The notes: generated by a model from the letters alone, not told the origin. A stretch of DNA of 64,000 nt from Candidatus Scatocola faecipullorum (GCA_018714685.1 DVNC01000021.1:12693-76692); one strand, 5' to 3'. Shown: positions 1-10,120, counted from the stretch's first letter. Program-made: numbers and translations.

Positions 1-1161
1 AAGCAGCCGGAAAGCGCCGTTAATCCCGAGATAGCCGTCGGGATTGGTTATTGTTTCATTCAAATCGGCACCGGATTTTTTAGACAATGCAGCCGACAAA
101 GCCACCGCATCATATCCCATTGAATAAAGGCTGCTGGGACGCTCACCGAAGAGATTGGCATATTTGTTGGCAAAATAGCTGCCGTGAGAACGGGAAAGTG
201 CCGGATACCAGCTTCCGCGAAGTGCGGATTCCCGGTTGAGCGGCGTATTTTCCCAAACAGACGTACCGATGAACTTAACCTGCGGGGCATAAACGTCATA
301 ATAGCCGAACATTGCCACCGCCGCTTTTAAACCGGCACCGCTTTCGGGAATCAGCACCGTGTCAAAATCGACGTCACCGAGCGTATCGGTTTTATTCAAG
401 CGGGCCAGAACTTTGGCGGCGTTGGCATCACCGGCATTAACCTTGGCTTTAAGACTGTTTTTCAGGTTTTGCAGGCGGCCGGTGCGGGCATTATAGTCTG
501 ACATTTGTTTGGAGATATCGGAAAAATCCGTGGTTCCGGGGGTATAAAAGCCGATGCGGGTAATTTTTACACCGTTTTTCTGGGCGGATTTAACCGCGGC
601 ACGGGCAACGGCAACACCGGTTTTATTATCGGGAATCAGCAGAGCAAAACGCGAACGTCCGTGATTGGCCGCGTAGGTCATTATGCGGTCAACCTGTTCG
701 TCAACCATCAGTCCGAGCGTATAAATTCCGGGCTGCAGAACATTTGAACCGGTGTTGAAGGCAATAACCGGAACATTGCGTGAGCGGGCTTCTTCGGAAA
801 TGGCCTGAACCGAACTGCTTTTCAGCGGGCCGATCAACAGGCGGCTGTTTTGGTTCAGCGCATTAACGGCGGCAACCTGAGCTCCCTCGGGCGTTCCTTT
901 GGTATCGTAATATTGCAGGATAAGGTTAGGCTCGTTGACATCTTCGAGCGCCAGCATGGTGGCGTTTTTCAGTCCGTTTCCCTGTTTGGCGGCATTTCCG
1001 CTCAGCGGCAGCAGCACACCGACCCGAAAAGTTCCGTCATTGCCGAGGGTGACCTCACTGATTTCGGTGCTGGATCCTTCGGCCCCGCCCTGGGTGACAA
1101 CTGTACTTTGGCAGCCGGCCAGAGCCAGAAAACCAAACAGAAAACTTATTTTTTTTAACAC
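1..1161 (-). CDS. Partial (C-terminus off window) periplasmic-binding-protein type 1 family lipoprotein, LpoA/LppC-like penicillin-binding-protein activator
   Basis: Hand translation of the minus strand from GTG at 1161 gives VLKKISFLFGFLALAGCQ... The LALAGC lipobox is followed by a leucine-binding-protein-like sequence (GVLLPLSG...IGPL.S..V). The frame stays open to position 1. Divergent from rsmI-yraN, as lpoA (yraM) is in E. coli. Not in the ORF track because it runs off the window. Confidence 0.5.
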   Translation of the reverse strand, partial: MLKKISFLFGFLALAGCQSTVVTQGGAEGSSTEISEVTLGNDGTFRVGVLLPLSGNAAKQGNGLKNATMLALEDVNEPNLILQYYDTKGTPEGAQVAAVNALNQNSRLLIGPLKSSSVQAISEEARSRNVPVIAFNTGSNVLQPGIYTLGLMVDEQVDRIMTYAANHGRSRFALLIPDNKTGVAVARAAVKSAQKNGVKITRIGFYTPGTTDFSDISKQMSDYNARTGRLQNLKNSLKAKVNAGDANAAKVLARLNKTDTLGDVDFDTVLIPESGAGLKAAVAMFGYYDVYAPQVKFIGTSVWENTPLNRESALRGSWYPALSRSHGSYFANKYANLFGERPSSLYSMGYDAVALSAALSKKSGADLNETITNPDGYLGINGAFRLL

Positions 1162-1236
1162 TTGCTTTTTATCCCAAAATAGAAAATCATATAACCTGAA
1201 ACTAGCTTAAAATTTATTGAATGTAAAGCAAAGATA

Positions 1237-2073
1237 ATGAAAAACGGATTATATGTCGTCGCAACCCCTATCGGCAATCTGGCCGATATTTCCGGCCGGG
1301 CGCTTGAAGTTTTGGCACAGGCTGACGTTATTGCCTGCGAAGATACCCGGGTGACCCGCAAATTGTTCGGCCTGTTGAATCTCAGTGCGGCCAAACCTTT
1401 TATTACCTATCAGGACCATAATGAAGAACAGCAGGCACAAAACCTGATTAACCTGATTCAGGAAGGAAAATCGCTGGCTCTGGTCAGCGATGCAGGTTCT
1501 CCCCTGATTTCCGACCCCGGTTATAAGCTCATCCGCAAATGCCGCGAGCAGCAGATAACCGTCCGGACCGTGCCGGGCTGCTGTGCGGTTATTTCCGCAT
1601 TGCAGCTTTCGGGACTGCCGACCAACCGTTTTATGTTTGCCGGTTTCATTCCCAATAAAGATAAAGCCCGCAGCGATCTTTTCAATGAGTTAAAAAGTAT
1701 TAATTCAACCCTGGTATTTTATGAAACGGCACCCCGGCTCATCAAAAGCCTGACGGTTGCTCAAGAGTTTTTCGGACAGCGGGAAATAGCCGTTGCACGG
1801 GAAATCACCAAGCTCTACGAAGAGTGCGTTAACGGAACAGCGGCCGAACTGGCAGCTCATTTTGAAGCGAATCCGCCCAAAGGAGAAATTGTTTTGATGG
1901 TTTCTCCGCCTCCGGAAAATGACAATCAACCGGTTAATCTGGAAGAACTGTTACGGCATCACCTGGCAGAAAAGCCGCTGAAAACCGCGGTTAAAGAGCT
2001 GGTTGAAGAATATAATCTGAACAAAAACGATGTGTATGCGCTGGCGCTGAAGATAAAGAATGAAAGCAAATAA
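1237..2073 (+). CDS. rsmI: 16S rRNA (cytidine1402-2'-O)-methyltransferase RsmI
   Basis: N-terminal LYVVATPIGNLADIS and EDTR motifs of the tetrapyrrole-methylase-like RsmI family; 278 aa. Confidence 0.9.
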   Translation: MKNGLYVVATPIGNLADISGRALEVLAQADVIACEDTRVTRKLFGLLNLSAAKPFITYQDHNEEQQAQNLINLIQEGKSLALVSDAGSPLISDPGYKLIRKCREQQITVRTVPGCCAVISALQLSGLPTNRFMFAGFIPNKDKARSDLFNELKSINSTLVFYETAPRLIKSLTVAQEFFGQREIAVAREITKLYEECVNGTAAELAAHFEANPPKGEIVLMVSPPPENDNQPVNLEELLRHHLAEKPLKTAVKELVEEYNLNKNDVYALALKIKNESK

Positions 2074-2410
2074 CGGCGGAAAAGCGGCGGAATTTCTGGC
2101 CCGCCTTTATCTCAGATGCAAAGGCTACCATATTATTGCCGCAAATGTCATTACTGGAAAAGGAACCAATGCCGGCGAGATTGATATTATTGCCCGACGG
2201 AGAAAACTCATTATTTTTGCAGAAGTAAAAAAACGCCGGACAATTGAAAAGGCTGCATATGCCATTTCTGCGCGACAGAAAGAGAGAATCAGACGCGGCG
2301 CCGAGACTTTTATCGCACGGCACCCGCAATATGCCGGTTTTCAATTTCGATTTGACGCCGTTTTAATCCGTTTCCCTTTTTCCGTCAGGCATTTGGAAAA
2401 CGTCTGGTAA
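2060..2410 (+). CDS. yraN: YraN/UPF0102 family endonuclease-like protein
   Basis: About 116 aa with the GEIDIIA...FVEVK core of UPF0102. Overlaps the rsmI stop, the same arrangement as yraL-yraN in enterobacteria. Confidence 0.8.
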   Translation: MKANNGGKAAEFLARLYLRCKGYHIIAANVITGKGTNAGEIDIIARRRKLIIFAEVKKRRTIEKAAYAISARQKERIRRGAETFIARHPQYAGFQFRFDAVLIRFPFSVRHLENVW

Positions 2411-2621
2411 ATCCGAAATCGGTTTTTCGGGTGAAAAATTACAACCTGAAAGATATAAATAAAAATATTCCAAAAAAGTATAAACAAGCACAGGAGCGGT
2501 TTAACGCTCTATTTTGTTACCTTTGCACCATTCTTTTCTTTTTTAACTTCAAGTTGTTTCCTTATTAAATTAAAATATGTAATTATATTATTCTACATAT
2601 CTTACCATTAAGAAGGATGTT

Positions 2622-3089
2622 ATGATGATTGTGACAAGTTCGGCGATTAAAAACGGTTATTTTGATGACAAATACGGCAAAAGAGGAAACGATACGGAAA
2701 AAAAGGTTCCGCTGCTTTCTTTTCCTTTTGAAATAGCTGAAGAACCGGAGGGAACGGTTTCTTATGCCTGGATTCTGGAAGACGAAGATGCCGTACCGGT
2801 GGCGGGATTTTCCTGGATACACTGGATGGCGGCCAATGTTCGCAAAAAATTTATACCCGAAGACTTCAGCCGCCAAAACAAAGATGCTATTCAGGGCGAA
2901 AACAGCTGGGGACTTATCGGTTACGGCGGAATGACACCGCCGAACACGACACACCGCTATGATTTGCACGTTTATGCGCTGGATACGACATTGGAGTTGC
3001 AACAGGGATTTTCAATCGAAGACCTGTACCGGGCAATGGGCGAACATATTCTTGACAGCTTTACTCTGAGCGGAAAATATACCTGCTGA
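2622..3089 (+). CDS. YbhB/YbcL (PEBP/Raf-kinase-inhibitor-like) family protein
   Basis: Conserved PEBP motifs (…WIHWMAANV…HRYDLHVYALD). Confidence 0.8.
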   Translation: MMIVTSSAIKNGYFDDKYGKRGNDTEKKVPLLSFPFEIAEEPEGTVSYAWILEDEDAVPVAGFSWIHWMAANVRKKFIPEDFSRQNKDAIQGENSWGLIGYGGMTPPNTTHRYDLHVYALDTTLELQQGFSIEDLYRAMGEHILDSFTLSGKYTC

Positions 3090-3094
3090 AAGGC

Positions 3095-3856
3095 TTAATC
3101 GAGACTGTTTTCAATCAGACGGTCAAGATTATCCCGTTCATGGACGTTATAACCGTCAAAATTCTCTTCGATTTTGGCGGCTTTTTTCTTGTTCGCCGCT
3201 TTCGACTTAACTTGCGGCTGAGCCAGTTTTTCAAACAAGTCTTCATTACCTTTTGACGGGGTTTCCTTTTCTTCTTCCGCATCGAAGGCTTTGTCTTTTT
3301 CGGCGGTGTTGTCATCTTTTTCATCACTCTTGCCGCCGACTTCTTTGGCTTTATTGCGAATCGTATCCAATGTCTCCCGCGGGATAAGGTTTTCTATCGG
3401 CTGGGCAAATTCGCCGGCTAACTGAAAATAGCGCGAGTTTTTGAAAGTTTCCGGCTGACGGTCTTTGGGCATAATCCAACTGATGAGAATATTGAGCAGG
3501 ATAACCAGCAAAAAAGCGCGCATAATACCAAAAAACAATCCCAAAACCCGGTCAACCGAGCTTAATTTGCTGGAGCGCACCTTGCCGACGATGTTTCCGG
3601 TCAGCAGAATCCAGATAACCATAAACAAAATCAGAATAAAAATAGAGGTTACAACTCCGGCAATCATTCCGTTGGCGATATACTCCTTGGTTATCGGGGT
3701 GAAAACCGGCAGCAGATAGATAACGGCAGCAGAACCCAGCACCCAGCCGATAATCGACAGGACTTCCTTTATCAGACCGCGGCTGAGCGCAATCAGAGCC
3801 GACAGGCCGAGGATAATCAAAATGATGATATCAAGATTATTTAAGGGCTGAGACAT
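3095..3856 (-). CDS. cvpA: CvpA family membrane protein with charged C-terminal tail
   Basis: N-terminal LDIIILIILGLSALIALSRGLIKEVLSIIGW is typical of CvpA. Several TM helices, then a K/E-rich tail. Confidence 0.75.
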   Translation of the reverse strand: MSQPLNNLDIIILIILGLSALIALSRGLIKEVLSIIGWVLGSAAVIYLLPVFTPITKEYIANGMIAGVVTSIFILILFMVIWILLTGNIVGKVRSSKLSSVDRVLGLFFGIMRAFLLVILLNILISWIMPKDRQPETFKNSRYFQLAGEFAQPIENLIPRETLDTIRNKAKEVGGKSDEKDDNTAEKDKAFDAEEEKETPSKGNEDLFEKLAQPQVKSKAANKKKAAKIEENFDGYNVHERDNLDRLIENSLD

Positions 3857-3865
3857 TGTTTTATC

Positions 3866-5236
3866 CTAATTAAACCAATTGATTAAACGCTGGACATTGC
3901 CGATTTCATAGCAGGTCATATCCAGACTGTGTTTTTTTTCTTTGCTGTGGGTCGGCGGGGTAATTGCACTGCCGAAACCCAATTTAAATGCTTCTTTAAG
4001 GCGCGCATTCGGCTGCGAAACCGCCCGGATTTCACCCGACAGTCCGATTTCGCCGAAAATGACGGTATCCGCCGGCAAAGGCTTGTTGGTCAGCGAAGAA
4101 ATAACGGCCATAGCTACCGCCAGATCCGCCGCCGGTTCGGATATTTTCAAACCGCCGGCAATATTCAAGTAAATGTCCTGCGAGCTTAAATTCATGCCGC
4201 AGCGAGCTTCCAAAACAGCCAGAACCATGGCCAGACGGTTGGAATCCCAGCCGACGACCGCGCGTTTGGGGCTGGCATAGCTGGTGGGACTGACCAGCGC
4301 CTGAATTTCCACCAATACCGGGCGGGAACCCTCAATACCGGCAAATACGCAGGAACCGGAAATGTTTCCCTGCCGCTCGGCCAAAAACAAGGCGGAAGGG
4401 TTTTCAACTTCAACCAATCCCTGATCCTGCATTTCAAAAACACCGATTTCATCAGTCGCGCCGTAACGGTTTTTAACCGCACGCAAAATGCGAAAATGGT
4501 GGCCGCGTTCTCCTTCAAAATAAAGTACGGTATCTACCATGTGTTCAAGGACGCGCGGACCGGCGATTGCTCCCTGTTTGGTGACATGGCCGACCAGAAA
4601 GAGAGCAAATCCTTTCTTTTTGGCCAATTTAATCAATTCATAAGCGCAGGCCCGAACCTGAGAGACACTGCCCGGCGTGGATTCAACTTCTTCCAGGTAC
4701 ATCGTTTGAATGGAGTCAATAATAACCACCGCGGCATTTGATTTTTCAAGCGTGGCGATGATATCTTTCACATCGGTGGCACTGGTCAGTTTGACCGGAG
4801 ACTGTTCCAGCTGCAGGCGTTTGGCGCGGATACGCACCTGATCAATCGCTTCCTCTCCCGAAATATAGTAGCATTCGGGATGGGACGGCAAATTGGCAAT
4901 GCTGGCACAGGCCTGAAGCAACAAAGTCGATTTGCCGATGCCGGGGTCGCCGCCGACCAAAATGGCCGAACCGGGAACCAGCCCGCCGCCGCAAACACGG
5001 TCTAATTCTTTAATATTGGTAACCAGGCGGGTTAAAGCTTCCTGCGAGCCGCTGAGCGGAACAAATTCAAGCAGGCGCCCTTTTCTTTTAGGCGCAATAT
5101 TGGAGAACCCTTCTCCGCCCGATTTTTCCTCAACGATGGTATTCCATTCGCCGCAGGCATCGCATTTTCCCTGCCATTTGGGATAAACCGCTCCGCAGCT
5201 TTGACAAACAAACTCGCTTGCGCCTTTTTTAGCCAT
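3866..5236 (-). CDS. radA: DNA repair protein RadA/Sms
   Basis: C4 zinc finger (CQSCG...CDACGEW), Walker A GDPGIGKST, KNRFG-type motif VKNRYGATDEIG, and a Lon-like C-terminal domain. Confidence 0.95.
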   Translation of the reverse strand: MAKKGASEFVCQSCGAVYPKWQGKCDACGEWNTIVEEKSGGEGFSNIAPKRKGRLLEFVPLSGSQEALTRLVTNIKELDRVCGGGLVPGSAILVGGDPGIGKSTLLLQACASIANLPSHPECYYISGEEAIDQVRIRAKRLQLEQSPVKLTSATDVKDIIATLEKSNAAVVIIDSIQTMYLEEVESTPGSVSQVRACAYELIKLAKKKGFALFLVGHVTKQGAIAGPRVLEHMVDTVLYFEGERGHHFRILRAVKNRYGATDEIGVFEMQDQGLVEVENPSALFLAERQGNISGSCVFAGIEGSRPVLVEIQALVSPTSYASPKRAVVGWDSNRLAMVLAVLEARCGMNLSSQDIYLNIAGGLKISEPAADLAVAMAVISSLTNKPLPADTVIFGEIGLSGEIRAVSQPNARLKEAFKLGFGSAITPPTHSKEKKHSLDMTCYEIGNVQRLINWFN

Positions 5237-5238
5237 AA

Positions 5239-6003
5239 CTAAACCTCGACTTTAATCGGCCCCTGTGAACATCCGTTAATAAACTGGCGGACATAAGGAT
5301 TGTCGGTTTTATCCATTTCCTTGACCGTTCCCTGCCAGATGATTTTTCCCTTGTAGAGCATGGCGATTTTATCGGCAATTTTACGCGCCGAAGCCATATC
5401 GTGGGTAATTGTCAGCGCGGTGGCGCCCAAACCTTTGACCGATTCAATAATCAGATCATTGATGACGTCAGACATAATCGGGTCAAGCCCGGTGGTCGGT
5501 TCATCGAAAAAGATGATTTCCGGTTTGGTGGCAATGGCACGGGCCAAACCGACGCGCTTCTGCATACCGCCGGAAAGTTCCGACGGCGACAAATCAGCCA
5601 CGTCCGGTGCCAGTCCGACCTGACGCAAAACTCTTATCGCTTCGTTTTTAGCTTGTTTTTTCGGCATATTTTGATTTTCAATCAGGCCGAAAGCAACATT
5701 TTGCCAAACGCTCAAACTGTCAAACAAAGCACCGCCCTGAAACAGCATTCCCATTTTGGTATGCATGGCTTCAACCTGTTTGCGCGGAGCTCCGACAACT
5801 TCTTCCTCATCAACCTTGATTGAGCCGCTGTCAGCGTTGAGCAGTCCCTGAATACATTTAATCAACACTGATTTTCCGGTACCGGATCCGCCGATAACCA
5901 CCAGAGATTCCCCGCGTTTGACATCCAAATCAATGCCGTCAAGGACGACCTTTTTACCAAAAGCCTTGGAGAGATTGCGAATTTCAATCTTATTCTCGTT
6001 CAT
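5239..6003 (-). CDS. ABC transporter ATP-binding protein, MlaF-like
   Basis: Walker A GGSGTGKS, ABC signature LSGGMQKRVGLARA, Walker B IIFFDEPT. Immediately downstream of the MlaE-like permease. Confidence 0.8.
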   Translation of the reverse strand: MNENKIEIRNLSKAFGKKVVLDGIDLDVKRGESLVVIGGSGTGKSVLIKCIQGLLNADSGSIKVDEEEVVGAPRKQVEAMHTKMGMLFQGGALFDSLSVWQNVAFGLIENQNMPKKQAKNEAIRVLRQVGLAPDVADLSPSELSGGMQKRVGLARAIATKPEIIFFDEPTTGLDPIMSDVINDLIIESVKGLGATALTITHDMASARKIADKIAMLYKGKIIWQGTVKEMDKTDNPYVRQFINGCSQGPIKVEV

Positions 6004-6021
6004 TGTTATTTTTCCTCCGAA

Positions 6022-6828
6022 TTATTTGGTAAAGAACATACCGGTAATGATATAGTTGAAAATCAAAATCAGAATTGACGAAGCAACCACGGCATTGGTT
6101 GTCGCCTCGCCGACACCCTGAGCGCCGCCTTTTGACTTATAACCGTTGTAGCAGCCCATCAAAGCAATGATAAAACCGAATACGGCCCCTTTGGTGACAC
6201 CGGTAATAATATCAATAGACTGCAGTTCATTGATGGTCGAATTGATGTAGTTGGCAGGATTAAAACCAAGCTGATAAATTGAAACGACGTAACCGCCGAA
6301 AATGCCGATGACGTCACCGATTAAAACCAGCAGCGGCAAAACAATCAAACCGGCCAGCAAACGCGGAGCAACCAGATATTTGAAAGGATTGGTTGACAGA
6401 GTAACCAAAGCGTCAATCTGTTCGGTAACGCGCATGGTTCCGATTTCGGCAGCCATGGCCGCACCGATACGCCCGGCAACCATTAAACCGCAGAAAACCG
6501 GCGCCAATTCACGGGTGACGGAAATCAAAACAACCTGAGCAACCGCACTTTCGGCACCGAAGCTGGAAAAGCCCGAATAAGTCTGGAGGGCAATAACCAT
6601 ACCGGCAAAAATGGTGGTTAAAGCGACAACCGGCAATGAATAGAAACCGATATCCAAAAACTGCCGGCCGACCAGACGCAGATAAAACGGCGGCGTGACC
6701 GTGTTATATAATGACTGGGCGATAAACAGCGACAGCTGACCGAGCCGGGAGACAAAAGTCACCAGCGGTTTACCGAGTTTGCGTAAAAAATTTTCAATGA
6801 TATTTCCCAACATTGGCTTTTCTTTCAT
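6022..6828 (-). CDS. ABC transporter permease, MlaE-like (phospholipid transport)
   Basis: 268 aa polytopic membrane protein in the MlaE/YrbE family (…FYSLPVVALTTIFAGMV…), paired with the downstream ATPase. Confidence 0.75.
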   Translation of the reverse strand: MKEKPMLGNIIENFLRKLGKPLVTFVSRLGQLSLFIAQSLYNTVTPPFYLRLVGRQFLDIGFYSLPVVALTTIFAGMVIALQTYSGFSSFGAESAVAQVVLISVTRELAPVFCGLMVAGRIGAAMAAEIGTMRVTEQIDALVTLSTNPFKYLVAPRLLAGLIVLPLLVLIGDVIGIFGGYVVSIYQLGFNPANYINSTINELQSIDIITGVTKGAVFGFIIALMGCYNGYKSKGGAQGVGEATTNAVVASSILILIFNYIITGMFFTK

Positions 6829-6884
6829 GGATTAATCTAAATTTGGGCTTATCTTAAAACGTCTGCCCTTAAAAAGCAACAAGC

Positions 6885-7304
6885 TTATGAGTTTTCATCA
6901 CAAGCCAGCTTTAATTTATAAACGGCAGACATTTCAAACGGATACAGTTTGATTTTTTTGATTTTTACGCCGCAGAGTTCGGCGGTTTCCGACTGCGGCA
7001 GGCGTTCAATCGCGGCCGGGTTTTCAACCAGTTCAACCAGCAGGGAAACTTCGGTTTTCTCCTGCGGCGGAAGCTTTATTATCCCGATGCCGCGGACCTC
7101 AAGCAAACCTTTAATTTCCGCCGGACAACAGGCTATCAGTTTATTCTTTTCAAAGATAATGTCCGTTCGATCGTCGGCGACCAAAACCGCCCCCTGCCCT
7201 TTTATCATCCGCAAAGCCAAATCAGATTTTCCGCTTCCGGAAGAACCGGTCAACAATATTCCTTTTGACCCGAGAGCTATGCATGTGGCGTGAATATTAA
7301 TCAT
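6885..7304 (-). CDS. HPr kinase/phosphorylase C-terminal-domain-like protein (short alphaproteobacterial HprK)
   Basis: GILLTGSSGSGKSDLAL...LVADD...LEVRGIGII matches the HprK kinase domain. 139 aa with no N-terminal domain, as in alphaproteobacteria. Confidence 0.7.
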   Translation of the reverse strand: MINIHATCIALGSKGILLTGSSGSGKSDLALRMIKGQGAVLVADDRTDIIFEKNKLIACCPAEIKGLLEVRGIGIIKLPPQEKTEVSLLVELVENPAAIERLPQSETAELCGVKIKKIKLYPFEMSAVYKLKLACDENS

Positions 7305-7758
7305 TCCCTGCTTTCACATCATTAAAACGGGAGAGACGGCGGTTGTCGGCACAATCCAAAGTCAGCCGGCGGCCATTGTTTTCCGGCGCAATATTTATTT
7401 TCAGCGCCTGGCGGGGCAGATAGCCGCCCATTTTTTCAGGCCATTCAATCAGGCAAACACCGCCGTAGATCGCTTCTTCAATATTCAGTTCAAACACTTC
7501 TTCCGGCGATTTCAGACGGTAAAGATCATAATGGTAAATTTCAAATTCGGGTGCGTCGTAAGTTTGCAGCAGGGTAAAGGTGGGGCTGGGAACTTCTTCG
7601 GCTCCGGTTAAAGCCTGAATAAAAGCCCGGGCAAAAACTGATTTTCCCATTCCCAGTGTTCCGTATAAGGCAAACACATCGCCGCTTTGCGCTCTTGAGG
7701 CGATCTGAGCCGCCAAACGAGCCGTTGCCTCTTCGTCGGGAGAAAAAAATTCAAGCAT
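7297..7758 (-). CDS. tsaE: tRNA t6A37 threonylcarbamoyladenosine biosynthesis protein TsaE
   Basis: P-loop GTLGMGKSVFARAF and the EVPSPTFTL...YHYDLYRL motifs of YjeE/TsaE. Confidence 0.85.
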   Translation of the reverse strand: MLEFFSPDEEATARLAAQIASRAQSGDVFALYGTLGMGKSVFARAFIQALTGAEEVPSPTFTLLQTYDAPEFEIYHYDLYRLKSPEEVFELNIEEAIYGGVCLIEWPEKMGGYLPRQALKINIAPENNGRRLTLDCADNRRLSRFNDVKAGND

Positions 7759-7762
7759 TATT

Positions 7763-8761
7763 TCACAGCCCTAAAAAGTTTTCACGGCGTTTTTTGGGTT
7801 TGATTACCTTAATTTTCGGTTTTTGAGCCTGCAATGCCCGCCAATCCCAAGGTTTATAGAATTTTCCCTGCCAAAGGCCGTTGCCGTTCAGCTGCGCCTG
7901 TTGCTCATAAGGAACATAGATATCGGTATATTTTGTGTATGCTACAGCCCAACCGGCGTTAACCAATGCGGCACCGAGGTCATATTCGCCAAGTGCGCAG
8001 GTACCGACCATATTGCCTTTTTTATCCTGCTGCATAATCCGACAGTCAAGCGGATTATCGCCTATCCAGCCTTTAAGCCAGAGCGCAGCCTGGCGGCCGC
8101 AGTTGTAAGAACGTCCGGTTTTGTCGGCACAAGTCTGATTGGCTTCCGGCGCGTCAATTCCGTAAAGCTTAAAATAACGTCCCTGAATTTGCAGCGTATC
8201 GCCGTTTATAACCCGGGCAGGGCTGGTGAAAGACGGCAAAGCCTGAGGATTGAATCCCTGATCATTCCGGGCTTGCCCCGCACCGCCGAGAGAACTCATA
8301 AACTGCTGGAAAGCGTTTCCCTGTGCCGGCTGAGAAGGCTGCTGCCGCTGATAAGCATTTTCTCCGATGCCGGTATCAAAATTTTCATCAAGCGCCGGAG
8401 CATACTCGCCGTCATCAAGCATCGGCTGACCGCCGTTTTGCTGCTGAGCCGACATCATTGCCTGCTGCTGGCGGCCGAGAAAAGTCTGCAAACTTTGGCC
8501 AACGCCGCCAATGCCGTTGTTAAAAGCGCCAATGGCATATAAAATGAAGACGATAATTCCGATGACTACCAAAAATGAAGGCAGGCAGCCCATGGCACGC
8601 CATGCCATTTTGGTAAAAATGTAGAGTGCGACCAAACCGATAATCAGTCCGACAAAACCGCCACCCTGCAGAATTAAGTTGCTGCTTTGGGTGCCGCTGC
8701 CGCCGACAAGAATTAAAACCAAAGCGCCAAGACCCAGTAAAAATTTTTTAAGAAAGAGCAT
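7763..8761 (-). CDS. Membrane-anchored, Gln-rich protein with C-terminal staphylococcal-nuclease-like (thermonuclease) domain
   Basis: Two N-terminal TM helices, a Q/G-rich low-complexity linker, then a C-terminal SNase-like block (INGDTLQIQGRYFKLYGIDAPE...GWAVAY). Confidence 0.6.
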   Translation of the reverse strand: MLFLKKFLLGLGALVLILVGGSGTQSSNLILQGGGFVGLIIGLVALYIFTKMAWRAMGCLPSFLVVIGIIVFILYAIGAFNNGIGGVGQSLQTFLGRQQQAMMSAQQQNGGQPMLDDGEYAPALDENFDTGIGENAYQRQQPSQPAQGNAFQQFMSSLGGAGQARNDQGFNPQALPSFTSPARVINGDTLQIQGRYFKLYGIDAPEANQTCADKTGRSYNCGRQAALWLKGWIGDNPLDCRIMQQDKKGNMVGTCALGEYDLGAALVNAGWAVAYTKYTDIYVPYEQQAQLNGNGLWQGKFYKPWDWRALQAQKPKIKVIKPKKRRENFLGL

Positions 8762-9024
8762 CTCTACATTTCCTCTGGTTAAACCTGATGTTTATTAGAA
8801 CACATCTTCTGCAAAAAATCCATTTAATTTTTTATAACGTTTTTTGGTAAAGATATAGTTACCCGTTAAAAAAATTTACCGGCAAACCTGCTTTTTATCC
8901 TTCGTTGATTTTAAGGCCTGTTTTTTGACTCTGAAGCGTCTTTTGCCTCTGTGACGGATGTTTTATCAAAAAAAATGAAATCAGTATCTGTACGGGCAAA
9001 TTTTGAACAGTGTTTTTTTGTCTT

Positions 9025-9052
9025 GTAAAAAAAGGGCAGAAAACTGCCCTTT
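9025..9052 (-). terminator. Rho-independent terminator downstream of parB
   Basis: Stem aaagggcag / ctgcccttt with an AAAA loop. On the minus strand it is followed by a T-run. Lies 35 nt past the parB stop. Confidence 0.5.
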
Positions 9053-9088
9053 ATAAATATTTTTATTGAAAAATCAATAATTTATCAA

Positions 9089-10120
9089 TCAATCAATTAC
9101 TTTAATCGTAAATTTTCCCCCGGAAGTCGCGGATGAATCCTCCGATACCGGCATCTGATTGGTGCCGAGGTTAGGTTTTTCACCCTGACGTTTCTGCTCG
9201 AGGATATCAATAATCATATCCAGCTCGGCAGGAGAGGCGTATTGCAAAACAACTTTTCCGCCGCCTTGTTTGCTGGGAGAGATTTTGATGCGCAGTCCGA
9301 GATTCTTATTCAGGTCTTTTTCAATATCGGCCAAATCAGAATCTTTTTCTTTTTTCGGCGCTGCTTCTTTGGGGCCGCTTTTTTGTTTGGCGACCAATTC
9401 TTCAACTTGCCGCACGCTCAGGTCTTTGGCAACAATTTGCTGTGCCAAAGTTTCGGCATTTTCCAAGCCGACCAAAGCCCGGGCATGCCCTGCACTCAAT
9501 TTGCCTTCTTTTACCAGTTGCTGAACGCTTTCCGGAAGATTAAGCAAACGCAGGGTATTTGCAATATGGCTGCGCGATTTGCCGATGATCTGCGACAAAG
9601 CTTCCTGTGTGTGGGAAAATTCGTCAATCAGACGCTGCAAACCTTCAGCCTCTTCAATGGCCGAGAGATTTTCTCTCAATAAGTTTTCCACCAAGGCCAC
9701 TTCAAGGACTTCCTTATCGGAAAGATCCTTTTCAATGACGGGAACTTTATCAAGCCCGGCCAGTTTGGATGCCCGCCAACGGCGTTCACCCGCAATAATT
9801 TCAAAACCTATTCCGTCTCGGCGAACCAACAGCGGCTGCAATACACCTTTTTCTTTGATTGATTCAGCCAGAGACTGCAAAGCTTCCTGATCAAATTCCG
9901 TCCGGGGCTGAAATTTGCCCGGTTTAATCAAATCAATATCAACCAAATTGGCGGTTGCCGGAGCAGGGGCGAGGGAACTTAAATCTTCAACATTGTCCAA
10001 ATCCAAATCATCTTCCCCGAGAAGAGCGCCCAATCCGCGACCGAGACTTTTGCGTTTGTGATTGTGGCTGTCGGCGGAATCGCTGTTATTCAACATTTTA
10101 TCGATTTCATTTTCTAACAT
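9089..10120 (-). CDS. parB: Chromosome partitioning protein ParB
   Basis: ParB/Spo0J motif GERRWRA, HTH region, and synteny directly after parA. Confidence 0.9.
   Translation of the reverse strand: MLENEIDKMLNNSDSADSHNHKRKSLGRGLGALLGEDDLDLDNVEDLSSLAPAPATANLVDIDLIKPGKFQPRTEFDQEALQSLAESIKEKGVLQPLLVRRDGIGFEIIAGERRWRASKLAGLDKVPVIEKDLSDKEVLEVALVENLLRENLSAIEEAEGLQRLIDEFSHTQEALSQIIGKSRSHIANTLRLLNLPESVQQLVKEGKLSAGHARALVGLENAETLAQQIVAKDLSVRQVEELVAKQKSGPKEAAPKKEKDSDLADIEKDLNKNLGLRIKISPSKQGGGKVVLQYASPAELDMIIDILEQKRQGEKPNLGTNQMPVSEDSSATSGGKFTIKVID

Noticed and set aside
7823-8542. 239-aa + strand ORF inside the thermonuclease gene
   Set aside because: Overlaps the minus-strand gene whose C-terminal SNase domain is recognisable. 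No motifs of its own.
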